In this document: positions 22,761 to 34,806 of the stretch, piece after piece
Numbering within the stretch: position 1 is the first letter of the stretch
How the letters are laid out: each line of letters begins with the position of its first letter
Assembly: GCA_964016885.1 (NCBI GenBank)
Contig: OZ024747.1
Location: 32,054,001-32,118,000, forward strand
Reading direction: 5' to 3'
Origin: Eledone cirrhosa
Taxonomy: Eukaryota
DNA: 64,000 nucleotides
The notes under the pieces: model-generated
Seen by the model: only the letters and a program-made list of their open reading frames with translations
Databases searched by the model: none
Told to the model about the DNA's origin: nothing
Program-made: the position numbers and the translations under genes

Positions 22761-23262
22761 TAATAGGTATAGAAGCTGCAATCCAAGAAATGAATGAGGG
22801 TGAGATGCCATAACCCACACAAGCTGAGAGTCTGCTGTAAATGAGTTGGTATAGAAATGGAGAGAGAGGCTACAATTTAAGTGAGAATTGTCTGTAAAAG
22901 ATGAGACCTGCAACCAGGACTGGATTAAATATTGAGCAAAATAAAAACATGCTTGATGGAACATGGGGAGAGGAATGCCATTTAATTCTAATTAATTTTA
23001 ATTGGCATTCAAAAGACCATTTTTTGCAGACATTACATGTTTACTCCAGGGGTCTCTAAAATGGTTGATATGTATACATGGGGGTTAATTCAAGGCATTG
23101 ATATATGCCTGGGGATCAACTAGAGAGTCAAATAAACACCACAGATCTATTGAACATTTAGGGTCGAATCCTGACATTGTTATAAGAAATAAAAATATAT
23201 AAAATACAACTTGCTGATACACACTTTTAATCAGTAACTATAATAATAGCCAATGTGTGTGT

Positions 23263-23352
<90 letters not shown>

Positions 23353-24406
23353 GGCATCATGTAATGAAGGAAATATCTATGTGATTTCATGAGACATATT
23401 CAATGAAAGCAGGATTTTGTATGCAGTTTCCTACGCAATTGTACATGGAAACTGCACATCTACTTAATTACGCTCAAAAGAAAGAGGCATGGGAATGTGC
23501 TAGAAATGCTTCAAGCAGGGAAAAGTAAATATAAAATGGTGATGACGTAGATGATACATATGCATAAACATATACAATATATTCATTATGATTAACGATT
23601 GTAAAACAATTAACGATTGTAAAACAATGAATTGACTAAGCACCAATCTTTACCTTTTGTTTTCAAATACATATATATATATATATACATACATATCGAT
23701 ACATATATATACATATACATGTATACATATATATATATACATATATACACACACACACATATAGACACCACACATATATATGCACACACACACACATATA
23801 TACAGACACACACACACACACATACATAGGTTAGACAAATAGTTATATAAGAGAGAGAAAGAGAGTGTGATAGTGTAGGAATGGCATGCTATGTTATGAG
23901 GGGTTTAAGGTATGTCCTGATGTAACAACCAGCTGCTGCTCCCTACTGCCATACCTTAAATACTACATGTGTTAGGTAAGGGCAGCAGGATTGTAAGGAC
24001 CTTATGTGAAGGGGAACAAAGTAGTCACTGAGAGAACTTAATACTGTAAATATAGTAACAACTTCAAATATTGTGGTGGTGGTGGTAGTAGTAGTAGCAG
24101 TAGTAGTAGCAGTAGCAGCAGTAGTAGTAGTAGTAGTAGTAGTATCAGCTACAGGAGACTAATTATTAAATGTATTGTTGTTATAGGTAACAGCTGTTAC
24201 AGGTGTAATTCTGCTGTTGGTTATGATGATGATGAACTTCCAGCAAGGGATAATAAGAGTGTAAGGGGGAAGAGGTGGGGGAGGAGAAGAGAGAGTAATA
24301 GAAGGAGGAGAAGGGAGAGGAGGGTGGTAGAACAAGTGTAATGAGAGAAAGAGAGTGAGATTATGGGAGGAATGGGAAGATGGTATTAAGGAGGTGGGCA
24401 AAAGAG

Positions 24407-26095
24407 GGGGGTTAAGGGAGAGTGGGAGTAGGGGAGAAAGTGAGGGGTTACGGGAGAGTGGGAGTAGGGGAGAAAGTGAGGGGTTACGGGAGAGTGGGAG
24501 TAGGGGAGAAAGTGAGGGCTTACGGGAGAGTGGGAGTAGGGGAGAAAGTGAGGGGTTACGGGAGAGTGGGAGTAGGGGAGAAAGTGAGGGGTTACGGGAT
24601 AGTGGGAGTAGGGGAGAAAGTGAGGGGTTACGGGAGAGTGGGAGTAGGGGAGAAAGTGAGGGCTTACGGGAGAGTGGGAGTAGGGGAGAAAGTGAGGGGT
24701 TACGGGAGAGTGGGAGTAGGGGAGAAAGTGAGGGCTTACGGGAGAGTGGGAGTAGGGGAGAAAGTGAGGGGTTACGGGAGAGTGGGAGTAGGGGAGAAAG
24801 TGAGGGGTTACGGGAGAGTGGGAGTAGGGGAGAAAGTGAGGGCTTACGGGAGAGTGGGAGTAGGGGAGAAAGTGAGGGGTTACGGGAGAGTGGGAGTAGG
24901 GGAGAAAGTGAGGGCTTACGGGAGAGTGGGAGTAGGGGAGAAAGTGAGGGCTTACGGGAGAGTGGGAGTAGGGGAGAAAGTGAGGGGTTACGGGAGAGTG
25001 GGAGTAAGAGAGAAAGTGGGGGTTTAAGGGAGAGTGGGAGTAGGGGAGAAAGTGAGGGGTTACGGGAGAGTGGGAGTAGGGGAGAAAGTGAGGGGTTAAG
25101 GGAGAGTGGGAGTAGGGGAGAAAGTGAGGGGATAAGGGAGAGTGGGAGTAGGGGAGAAAGTGAGGGGTTACGGGAGAGTGGGAGTAGGGGAGAAAGTGAG
25201 GGCTTACGGGAGAGTGGGAGTAGGGGAGAAAGTGAGGGGTTACGGAAGAGTGGGAGTAGGGGAGAAAGTGAGGGCTTACGGGAGAGTGGGAGTAGGGGAG
25301 AAAGTGAGGGGTTACGGGAGAGTGGGAGTAGGGGAGAAAGTGAGGGGTTACGGGAGAGTGGGAGTAGGGGAGAAAGTGAGGGGATAAGGGAGAGTGGGAG
25401 TAGGGGAGAAAGTGAGGGGATAAGGGAGAGTGGGAGTAGGGGAGAAAGTGAGGGGTTACGGGAGAGTGGGAGTGGGGGAGAAAGTGAGGGGTTAAGGGAG
25501 AGTGGAAGTAGGAGAGAAAGTGGGGGTTTAAGGGATAGTGGGAGTAGGGGAGAAAGTAAGGGGTTAAGGGTGAGTGGGAGTAGGGGAGAAAGTGAGGGGT
25601 TAAGGGTGAGTGGGAGTAGGGGAGAAAGTGATGGGTTAAGGCAGAGTGGGAGTAGGGGAGAAAGTGAGGGGTTAAGGGTGAGTGGGAGTAGGAGAGAAAG
25701 TGGGGGTTTAAGGGATAGTGGGAGTAGGAGAGAAAGTGAGGGGTTAAGGGTGAGTGGGAGTAGGAGAGAAAGTGGGGGTTTAAGGGAGAGTGGGAGTAGG
25801 AGAGAAAGTGAGGGGTTAAGGTAGAGTGGAAGTAGGGGAGAAAGTGAGGGGTTAAAGGAGAGTGGGAGTAGGAGAGAAAGTGAGGGGTTAAGGGGGAGTG
25901 GGAGTAGGAGAGAAAGTGTGGGTTTAAGGGAGAGTGGGAGTAGGAGAGAAAGTGAGGGGTTAAGGTAGAGTGGAAGTAGGGGAGAAAGTGAGGGGTTAAG
26001 GGAGAGTGGGAGTAGGGGAGAAAGTGAGGGATTAAAGGAGAGTGGGAGTAGGGGAGAAAGTGAGGGATTAAGGGAGAGTAGGGGAGAAAGTGAGT
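24407..26095. repeat. 36-bp purine/G-rich tandem array, about 46 units
   Basis: Unit GGGAGAGTGGGAGTAGGGGAGAAAGTGAGGGGTTA(C/A). Confidence 0.97.
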
Positions 26096-26539
26096 GAGAG
26101 GAAACAATATGAGAGAGAAGAGAAGGAGGAAAAGAGGTGTTTTATTGAGGTAGTGTAGTGAGGAGGGGAGCAGGGAGGCAGCTGCTAGGGGGAGGGGGAG
26201 ATACCATTAATGTCTACCTCTTCCTCCCTCCTCTCACACATTGCTTTACTTTATATGTGTGTGCACATACACAAACATTTGCATCCTCATATACACTAAC
26301 ATGTACACACACACTCACACACATACACTTACTAACATACACACTAACACAGATATATATGCACACACACATACTAACACCACACAATCATGTGACTGTG
26401 CATACAAACTAAGTTACATTAACACACACAAACACACTAATGTACACTAACACACACAAACACACTAATGTACACTAACACACACAGACAGACAGACACT
26501 CAGACACAAACACACGTACATACAAAGATACATGCGGAA

Positions 26540-26775
26540 GAGACGTTATTTTACATTGCTCCAGTTTACTCAGTCGTAGAAATGAGTTGCAATGTCATTG
26601 GAGCCAAGCTGTTTAACTTTCCCTTGGACAACATCATTGGCATGGAGAGGGATGACCGTTATGCATGGGAAACTGCTGGTCTTCCACAAACAACCTTGCC
26701 CGGATTTGAGGGAAACTTTCTAGGTACAAATCCCATGGTTGCTTGTGACTGAAAGGGGTCTTTACCTTACCTTTA
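26540..26775 (+). mobile_element. SINE 3' part with TTTACC-type tail
   Basis: Central ACATTGCTCCAGTTTACTCAG...AAATGAGT resembles SINE-B; ends TTTACCTTACCTT. Confidence 0.55.
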
Positions 26776-27103
26776 AATGACCAACTACCTCTCTAATACT
26801 GATGCCATGAACAATGCTTCAAGCACACCCTGTAAGGTGGTTAATGATAGGAAGGGCATCCCACTGCAGAAACCATGTCAAAAGGGTCAAGAGGTCTCTG
26901 CAGTTGTGCCATAGACAATGTAACTTCTCTAGTGTTGAGGATCTATACAATAAATGCACGCAGTATGTTTTGTAAACTGGTTGTTGATAGGAAAGGCAAC
27001 CAGCCATAGAAAACCCGACAAACAAAAGGTCAAGATGCAGGTAAAATGCATATTAAGTGACAATGATGATAGTGTTGACAATGATGATGATGATGATGTG
27101 ATG

Positions 27104-27293
27104 ATAATTGTTTCTACTTTTGGCACAAGACCAGCAATTACCCAGTGTATTACTGGTACTTTATTTTATCGACCCCGTAAGGATGAAAGGCAAAGTTAAC
27201 CTTGGCGGGATTTGAACTCAGAATGGCAAGGGGCGTAACTCTATGCATCAAAGCATGGCGTCCGACCCTCTACCGATACTGCCAATCCACCGC
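27104..27293 (-). mobile_element. SINE family A, full length
   Basis: Reverse complement of GGCGGTGGATTGGCAGTATCGGTAGAGGGTCGGACGCC...AGTAGAAACAATTAT. Confidence 0.92.
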
Positions 27294-27330
27294 CCTGATG
27301 ATGATAATGATGATATATTATACATACATA

Positions 27331-27477
27331 TTTCCAGCATAGTTACGTCCTTTTACGGTCTGAGTTCAAATCCTGCCGAGGTTAACTTTGCCTTTCATCC
27401 TTACGGGGTCGATAAAATAAAGTACCAGTAATGTACTGGGTAATTGCTGGCCTTGTGCCAAAAGTAGAAACAATTAT
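27331..27477 (+). mobile_element. SINE family A, 5'-truncated, with TSD
   Basis: TSD TTATACATACATAT on both sides. Confidence 0.92.
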
Positions 27478-28036
27478 ACATACATATCCAACATGTCACT
27501 CATACTAAAGATATGATGTTAACCATATCTGCTGCTTATATAAATACATTCTCTTTGACAGATGCAACAAATTTCCTGTTGCTGTTGATCTATTTTTTGA
27601 TGGCCATAGTGTTGCTGTCATGTTATTACTGGACTTAATGATGTTCATCATAACTTTGTTGCTATTTGCTGCTGTGTTGATAAGGCAGTCTTTCTGATGT
27701 TGATGGCATTGAATTTCCGACTACTTTTCATGCATAATTTAGTTTTTAAGTTGCTCTTTTTGTTGTTTTTTATGTTTTTTTTATTCTGCTTTTGCTACTT
27801 CTGCTAAAGTCTCTACTGTTGAGATTGTAATGTTACTACTTTGTTTGTTGTTGTTTAGCTCCAGGCCAACTAAGATCAATCACACTTATGATCAATAATA
27901 ACCAAATGATTCTAGCCTCATTTTCTTTTTTTTTTTTTTTCAGATAATGCATATGTTGGCAGTGAATTGTCAGAAGCTTTGAATAAAATGCCTTGTAATG
28001 TTTACCCTGGCATTTAGGTCTCTGATTTCAAATCTG

Positions 28037-28782
28037 TGGAGGTACGTGGCCTAGCAGTAATTGTGTTGGATTTTTAGTGTTCTGCCAGACCCAGGGTTAT
28101 TTACTCGAGTAAATTTCACTGGAATCTAACTACTAAATTTTGTAAAGAAAAGGATAAGATATTTTTACATAACACCATGTCGAATGAGAGTTAATTCCCA
28201 TTACAAAAGTAATGATAAAACGTAAGCAGTTTCTCAGAACGGGTATCGAATATAAGTCTTCATTTTTATTGTAGCTTCATGTTATAATTGTTGTAAACAA
28301 ATATTCTCGTACATAATTAGGTGTAGTCCAGATCCATGATAAGTGGTTAGAGAAAAGTTAACATGCTTGTCTTCAGTGTTGCCAGTTCGAAGGAAGGCGC
28401 CAAAAGAGAGAGAGCTTGACTGCGTTGCCGCTATTTATATCCTCTTTTCGGAAGTTGCAAAGAGGGTTCTAGACTTTCGATGGGAAGTAACTCTAGCTAC
28501 TTCCCTGTCTAGAGAGCACTACAGATTCAATATCATAATGTCGCAGTTTCAATTCTTGGGGTAGGTTATGCGTTGTGTTCTTGAGCAAAACACTTCATTT
28601 CATGTTGCTTCAGTATACTCAGTTGAAAATGAGTACCAGCAATAGCTGGAGGTTTAACTCTGTGATGAACTGGTATCCTCTCCAGGGTGGGGAGCCTTGT
28701 ACTCTCAGTAACTTCATATCACAAAACTGGAATAAGTACTGCCACGACTAGCCTCTTCACTTGAGACAGACTTTAGGCTTTA
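28037..28782 (+). mobile_element. tRNA-derived SINE family B, interrupted by a solo LTR
   Basis: A-box TGGCCTAGCAG; central TGTGTTCTTGAGCAAAACACTT; homologous to 60372-60640; 13-bp TSD. Confidence 0.8.
28073..28523 (-). mobile_element. Solo LTR, probably Gypsy-type
   Basis: Ends TTTAGTGTTCT...AGAGCACTACA (imperfect TG..CA inverted termini); 4-bp TSD GATT; minus-strand TATAAATA near 28435 and AATAAA near 28268. Confidence 0.7.
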
Positions 28783-28946
28783 GATTTCAAATCTGGCCTA
28801 GGTCTATTTTGCCTTTTATCCTTCTGGGGTTAAACTTCCAGATTATAGCAGTGGTCTACAACAATCATTAAAGTACTGGACAGGATAATTTTGGTATTTG
28901 TTTCATTATTAATTTGTTCTTTGTGCTCTGACTTTAAATCATGCCC

Positions 28947-28978
<32 letters not shown>

Positions 28979-30149
28979 TTAACACCTTGACCTGACCCAT
29001 GTGTGCTTTCAACAAAATCTACTCTGCTGCAAACATTTGGGTCAAGTCTTTAGTTTACGGATGCCTTCCCCCCTACTCCACTCTGAGTAATCTGTAAAAG
29101 TTTGATGCTCTACCAATGTGTGGCTCTATGGTTAGAATATTGGGAGGTTATGAGTTTGATTCCTGGACCAGGTGATGCATTGTGTTCTTGAAGAAGGCAC
29201 TTTATTACCCACTGCTTTTTCTTCTAGGAGTGGTCATCAGTAGATAGTATCTGCCATGGAATGACTAATGGAAACTTTGTTTCCTTGAGCCGGTAAGCGA
29301 ATGAGATCTGGGATCTTGTCAACGGCTATTTTTCCATGCTTTCATGGGTGAGATGGGTGGTCATGTTATGAAACAAGTCAGCTTCAGTGACCTTGTCTTG
29401 CTCATTCAGATCTGTATTTTCACTTGGTTTCTATGGTTGGATGCCCTCCCTAATGCCAAACATGTTTCAATGTGGACTGGGTACTTTTTAACGTGGCCCA
29501 AATCGACTATGTGACAGAGTGAACTGAGTGCTTTTTCATCATAAGTAATAGTTATGAAAATTGTGTAAAATACACTGGAAATAGAAATAAGTGGACCATG
29601 TAAAGTATCTCTGGAGATGAAAAGAGTCAACTTTTTCCAGCCCTAGGGGTATTTTACATGATTTTCTCATCTATTGATAATAGATAACAACTACTATTGT
29701 TATAATCATTTATGTTGGGATGACACCATTTCAGATATTAAAAGAATATATTAAGTATTTATAGCAGGAATCCAGTGTCCAAAGAATCCATATTTGTTTT
29801 GTCTACATCATGATAATTTAGAAGATAAAATACAATCAATACAAAAAAATCTGTCTTTTCAAGGTAGATGAATAGCGAAGTAGAAAAAAAAACCCATGAG
29901 AAACCAAATGATATCGAATCGGCTATTTTTTTCTCCAACAATTTTTTTGCTCTTCTCTAAGGGTTTCGGGATTAGGTAAAATTTGGATGGAAGGGTGGCT
30001 CATGTTGAATTTCACACTTTCAATATGGGTATTTCCCAAGAGACCCTAGAAATTATGTTCTGAAACACTCTACAAACAATCAGTGGCGTGCACTACATTT
30101 TTGTTCTTATCGACATTAATGCTCCTGCATTGAACTGGTGTCACTATCA

Positions 30150-30430
30150 GCAACATAAGGTGCTGTCCCAGCATGGTAAGGAATGGTCCCATAACTCTTG
30201 ATGGAGTTGTAGGAGCACCATATTGACATACAACATTTTGGGGTCCTCTCCAGGCCTGAATACAGCAGACTTTTCTCCAGAGAAGGATAGAAAATGAGAG
30301 TGGTATAGAGAAAGATTCGAATCCAGTGATAGACTGGTACATTTTTATCAGTCTCAAATGGATGAAAGGCAAAGTTGACTTCAGAGAGCTGGAATGAATA
30401 CCGCAAAGCATTCTACCAATTTGCCACCTT
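30150..30430 (-). mobile_element. Old SINE-A-related element with a longer 3' part (related copies 33020-33357 minus, 51550-51700 plus)
   Basis: Shared TGGTCCCATAACTC...CACCATATTGA...GAATACAG...AGAAGGATAGA block adjoining the SINE core. Confidence 0.65.
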
Positions 30431-31054
30431 CAGTCAAATAACTTAAATCAGAAAAAGAGTAAGCTGATACCCATCTATTATGATAAAGGACAAGTGATAG
30501 AAACTATGTTGTTAACTGTTTCTATTTATCGAAAAATATTTCAGCTGAAATCTATGTAAGAACCTATGTTAATTTAGATTCCTCCAAATTCTTTGAAAAT
30601 CCAAGATAGTAATTCTCCTTTAATAATATGGTAACAAAACAAAATGGTTAAATCATTAGCAACATAGTATATATTAATGCATGTGTGCGTGTGTGTTTAT
30701 ATAAGTGTGTATACTTTATGTCTGACAATAAATAGACAACTGTTGTTTAAATGTTTGACAGAAAAATGTCCCAATTTGTTGAAAATTAAACATTTCAAGA
30801 AGTCACTTCTATGAAGAATTCTATTTTGCTTTAAAATCTAAATGCCAAAGTTACTTACCTACTTAATGAGAACAAACAACATAACATTAAAATGGAGAGG
30901 ATGTTTTATAACTATCTCCAGGAAGCAAGCTAATCTAATAAAGACTGTGTCTGGAAACATTCATATAATTTTATTGTATGATGAATTAATACAACTTAAA
31001 AATAAATTAAATAAAGAATAATAACAATACAATAAAAATGTTAATAATGATAAT

Positions 31055-31250
31055 ATTGGTTTCTGATTTAGGCTCAAGGCCAGCAATTTTGGGGGAGGGA
31101 AGAGTCAATTAAATCAACCCCAGTGTATGACTGGTGCTTTATTTTATCGACCTGGTAAGGATGAAAGGTAAAGTTAACCTTCGTGGTATTTGAACTCAGA
31201 GCATAAATGACTGCAACTATATGTTGCAAAGCAAGCTGACCCACTGCCCT
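31055..31250 (-). mobile_element. Diverged SINE family A
   Basis: Core and B-box match. Confidence 0.8.
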
Positions 31251-31603
31251 TTCGTATCAACAGAATAACAAAAAAAAAAGAAAACAATTTGTCTTTTTCA
31301 AACTGTGTTTCCTTTCATTTCTAATTGTGTTAATATATGTTAATATGGACTTAATTTGTTGTTGTAGGTCAGCCCCATATCAACCCTGATTGAGCAAACC
31401 TACAGTTGAAGATGTTCCAGTCATCGCCTTCCCAACATAAATTTGGACATTGTGCATCCAGAATCATATGTGAACTTCAGCTGCTACTGATTTTTTTTAG
31501 CCCTGATTGAGTGCAACTATGAATAAAGTGATCCCATCCATTACCATCCTGACTCTTGGGATATCTTGAATGATTATCCAATCCATTTGTCTCTCCTTAT
31601 AAA

Positions 31604-31634
<31 letters not shown>

Positions 31635-32279
31635 ACATGTGTGTCTATATCGGTGGATGTGTATTTATCAATACATAAATGTGAGCTTGTGATTGTGACT
31701 TTAGGGAAATTTGGCTACTATTTCTAACAATCCTTGCAATCATTGATATACTTCTAGCATAAGCGCATTTTAATCTAAATTGACAGCAGATACCACTTAG
31801 TGAAGAAAGAAAACAATCTTCGTTATTTACCAGATATGCTTCCTTCACTCATTTGATTCATATTACTCATTGCTTATTAAAACTTTTCTGTAGACACTCT
31901 GGCTATATACAATAAATCAGATTGGTTCGCTGATGAAGCCTGTCATTACTTATTAATCCTTGTAGACCTGTTTAACATATGTACTTCTATCTGTGTCCAA
32001 TTAATGATTGCACAACTGCGACTGACCAGAAATTAATTGGATCAATACAATTGCAGTTACTGACTTTCAAGTTTCATCATGCTTTTAATGATGACTGATC
32101 CTCCGTCTACTTCAGTGATGAACCATTCAGTTGTTTCACTCAGCTGTATTCTTTATGATTTAAATAGATATGTATGAATCAGTATATTACAAAGACACAT
32201 AATTCTTAAGAATATTCAACATCACACATTACCTAACAAGATTGACTCTTTGAATTACAGATCGATGTTCAATGTTAAT

Positions 32280-32617
32280 GAGCAAGAATGACAAAGCATG
32301 GATGAACTAAGGGGGAAACTGGGTATAAGAGGAAACAGAAGTAGTGGGTAGGAGAGGAAACTGTATTTGTATGGACATGGGGTGCACATGGATGATGATT
32401 GCTGGGTGAAGAAGTACCAAGTAATCCCAGTAGGAATCCACAGTAGAGGTAGACCAAGGAAAACCTGGGGTGGAAGTGATGAGAGCTGATCTCAGATCGC
32501 TGAGATTAACAGAGGTGATAAAGGAACATGACAAATGGAGAGATGCTGTACTGGGAAGGACCCATCCAAGCATGGAATAATGGATGTATAATGATGATGA
32601 TGATGATGATGATGATA
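32280..32617 (+). mobile_element. Diverged RTE 3' fragment
   Basis: Decayed LYGH..MDDDCWVKK...RGRPRKTW; (GAT)n tail. Confidence 0.85.
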
Positions 32618-33584
32618 CAGTCTATTCAACAGGTTTCCAAAAGGTTTCTGTTAACACTTTAGCATTTAAACCAGCCATATCTGGCCAGAATTCTCTCACC
32701 TCTTTCTGTACGAATTGGCTGTAAATGGCTGCTCATTCTAATGTTAAGATATTGTTCTCAAAATAAATATCATAATCTCATTATTATATGAGATAATTAA
32801 GTGAAGTAAAGCCTTTATCGTGAAAATATATTAGTAAATATAGAGTAATGTGAATGTAAAAAGGTTTATCCAACCTTACTCACAATACATAGGCTGATCC
32901 AAGACCATGGTAATAGACACTTGTTCAAGATATTACACAGAAAGATCAAACCTAGAAACCTGTAATTGCAAAGCAAACTTCTTAAATATTCAACCATGTG
33001 GTGTCCATAATTGGATCAATGCATGAATGGTCCCATAACTCCTGATGGTGTTGTAGGGGTACCATATTGATATAGGACATTTCTAGAACATTTTTAAAAC
33101 TGGTAGAGTCCATCCCTCTCCAGATCTGAATACAGAAGATTTCACCTAGAGAAGGATAGAGTGAGGGAATGGAAGTGAAAAAGAGATATAGAGAAAGAAT
33201 CAACACCAGTACTAGATTGGCACTTTCTTTTTTTGATCTTGAATGATGAACGGCAAAGATAACCTCAGCAGAATTTGAACTCAGAGAGCAGAGAGTCGAA
33301 ACAAATACTACAAAGCATTCTATCCGATGTTCTAATGATTCTGCCAATTTGCTGCCTATAATAGGATCAATACAATTACTGATTTTCAGTTTTAATCACA
33401 CTATTAATAATTAAGCTGAGAATTCTTCAGTTAGTTTTATTGATGAGCTCCAGCAGTTCAATCAACAATATTGTCTACTCGTTAATATTTTCATGACTGT
33501 ATTCTTAAAGAAATATATTGTATTTCAGTTAATTATAGAATATAGAGAGATTTACTAAGATTATCAATTATTTCATTATTATGA

Positions 33585-33777
33585 TGGCGGTGCATTGGCA
33601 GTATCGGTAGAGGGTCGGACACCATGTTTTGACGCATAGAGTTACGACCCTTGCCATTCTGAGTTCAAATCCCGCCAAGGTTAACTTTGCCTTTCATCCT
33701 TACGGGGTCGATAAAATAAAGTACCAGTAATACACTGGATAATTGCTGGCCTTGTGCCAAAAGTAGAAACAATTATT
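33585..33777 (+). mobile_element. SINE family A, full length
   Basis: A-box, B-box and core match. Confidence 0.92.
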
Positions 33778-34079
33778 AAAGGCTTCTTATATGAAAATGT
33801 GTTGAAAGATTTTAATTTAAGTAGAAACTCTTTAAAATAGGTATTAGTGAAGTTTTTTTGTAGGAGTCTACACAAGGGAGAGCTAGCAGAGGATGATATG
33901 CCATGAGCCATATCAAGCAGATTTGTGTTGACATAAACTGCAATCCCTTAGACCTGCTAAATATAATAGACAATAGAATTGGATGGTGATAGACAGTCAA
34001 AGGAATCCGTGCAAGCAGTGCAACCTATTGATTGATAACTTATGCTTTGCTGAAGTCACATCAGATTACTTCAGTTCTC

Positions 34080-34280
34080 TACAAGAGTCAGCCTAAAAGT
34101 TCATAGGCTGATCGAGATACTTTCAAGGAATGACCAAACGAGATTTATTTTTCAACATAGTCACTGGAAAAAACAATGCAGTTATTAATAAGATGAGTTG
34201 AAATTAATACATGCAAAATTTTACAGCTCTAGCATCACTCCTTCATAGTCAGTCTATGAACTTTTCAGATGACTATCATA
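34080..34280. mobile_element. ~200-bp mariner-type MITE (other copies 39081-39270, 39404-39603, 54096-54293)
   Basis: TIR consensus TACGAGGGT.GGCTGAAAAGTTCATAGGCTGAC with its inverse at the other end. Confidence 0.8.
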
Positions 34281-34770
34281 ATGTAAGTCCTTTAGTCATT
34301 GGTTTTTATCTAATGGTCAAAGGCATTCCATCTTTTCTTTTTTGTTATTTCTTTACTGTTTCTTTTTTTTTAGTCATAATGTCTCCATTACTATACTGCC
34401 AGGAGTTTTGACTGGTAGATAGTATCAGCAATGGAGAAACCAACAGAAACATTGTTTCCTTGGTCTGATTTGATGAATTCCACCCACTTGGTAAGCAAAT
34501 GAGGTCTGGGATATTGTTGATTGATTCTTTTTCCTCTTCTGCTATCCTATTCAGTGTCTTCCTTTTTTTTATAGGGTGCAATTTAGAGGATTTGACTGCT
34601 GTGACATGATTCTTCAAGGCTGAAGAATGATATAATGGTTCCTTTGTTAATTTGTCTCTTGACAGTTTTATCCTTTAGCATCAATATGTTCCTGTTAAAC
34701 TGGGGGATAATATCTTATTCTTTAGAAGATAATTCATTTTATCTGCAAAGATGCTTGTCAGTGATTTTCA

Positions 34771-34806
<36 letters not shown>

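Larger units (their letters stand above)
27957..28850 (+). mobile_element. Old SINE family A split by a nested SINE-B
   Basis: Head 27957-28036 and body 28783-28850; duplicated target GATTTCAAATCTG. Confidence 0.7.

Noticed and set aside
23355-23410. Possible very decayed hammerhead after a (TA)n tract
   Set aside because: Both core segments are mismatched; too weak to call.
24355-26107. 489-aa and 573-aa ORFs
   Set aside because: Artefacts of a stop-free 36-bp tandem repeat, open on both strands, with no exon evidence.
31925-31960. CTGATGA as a hammerhead core
   Set aside because: No stem II or downstream GAAA.
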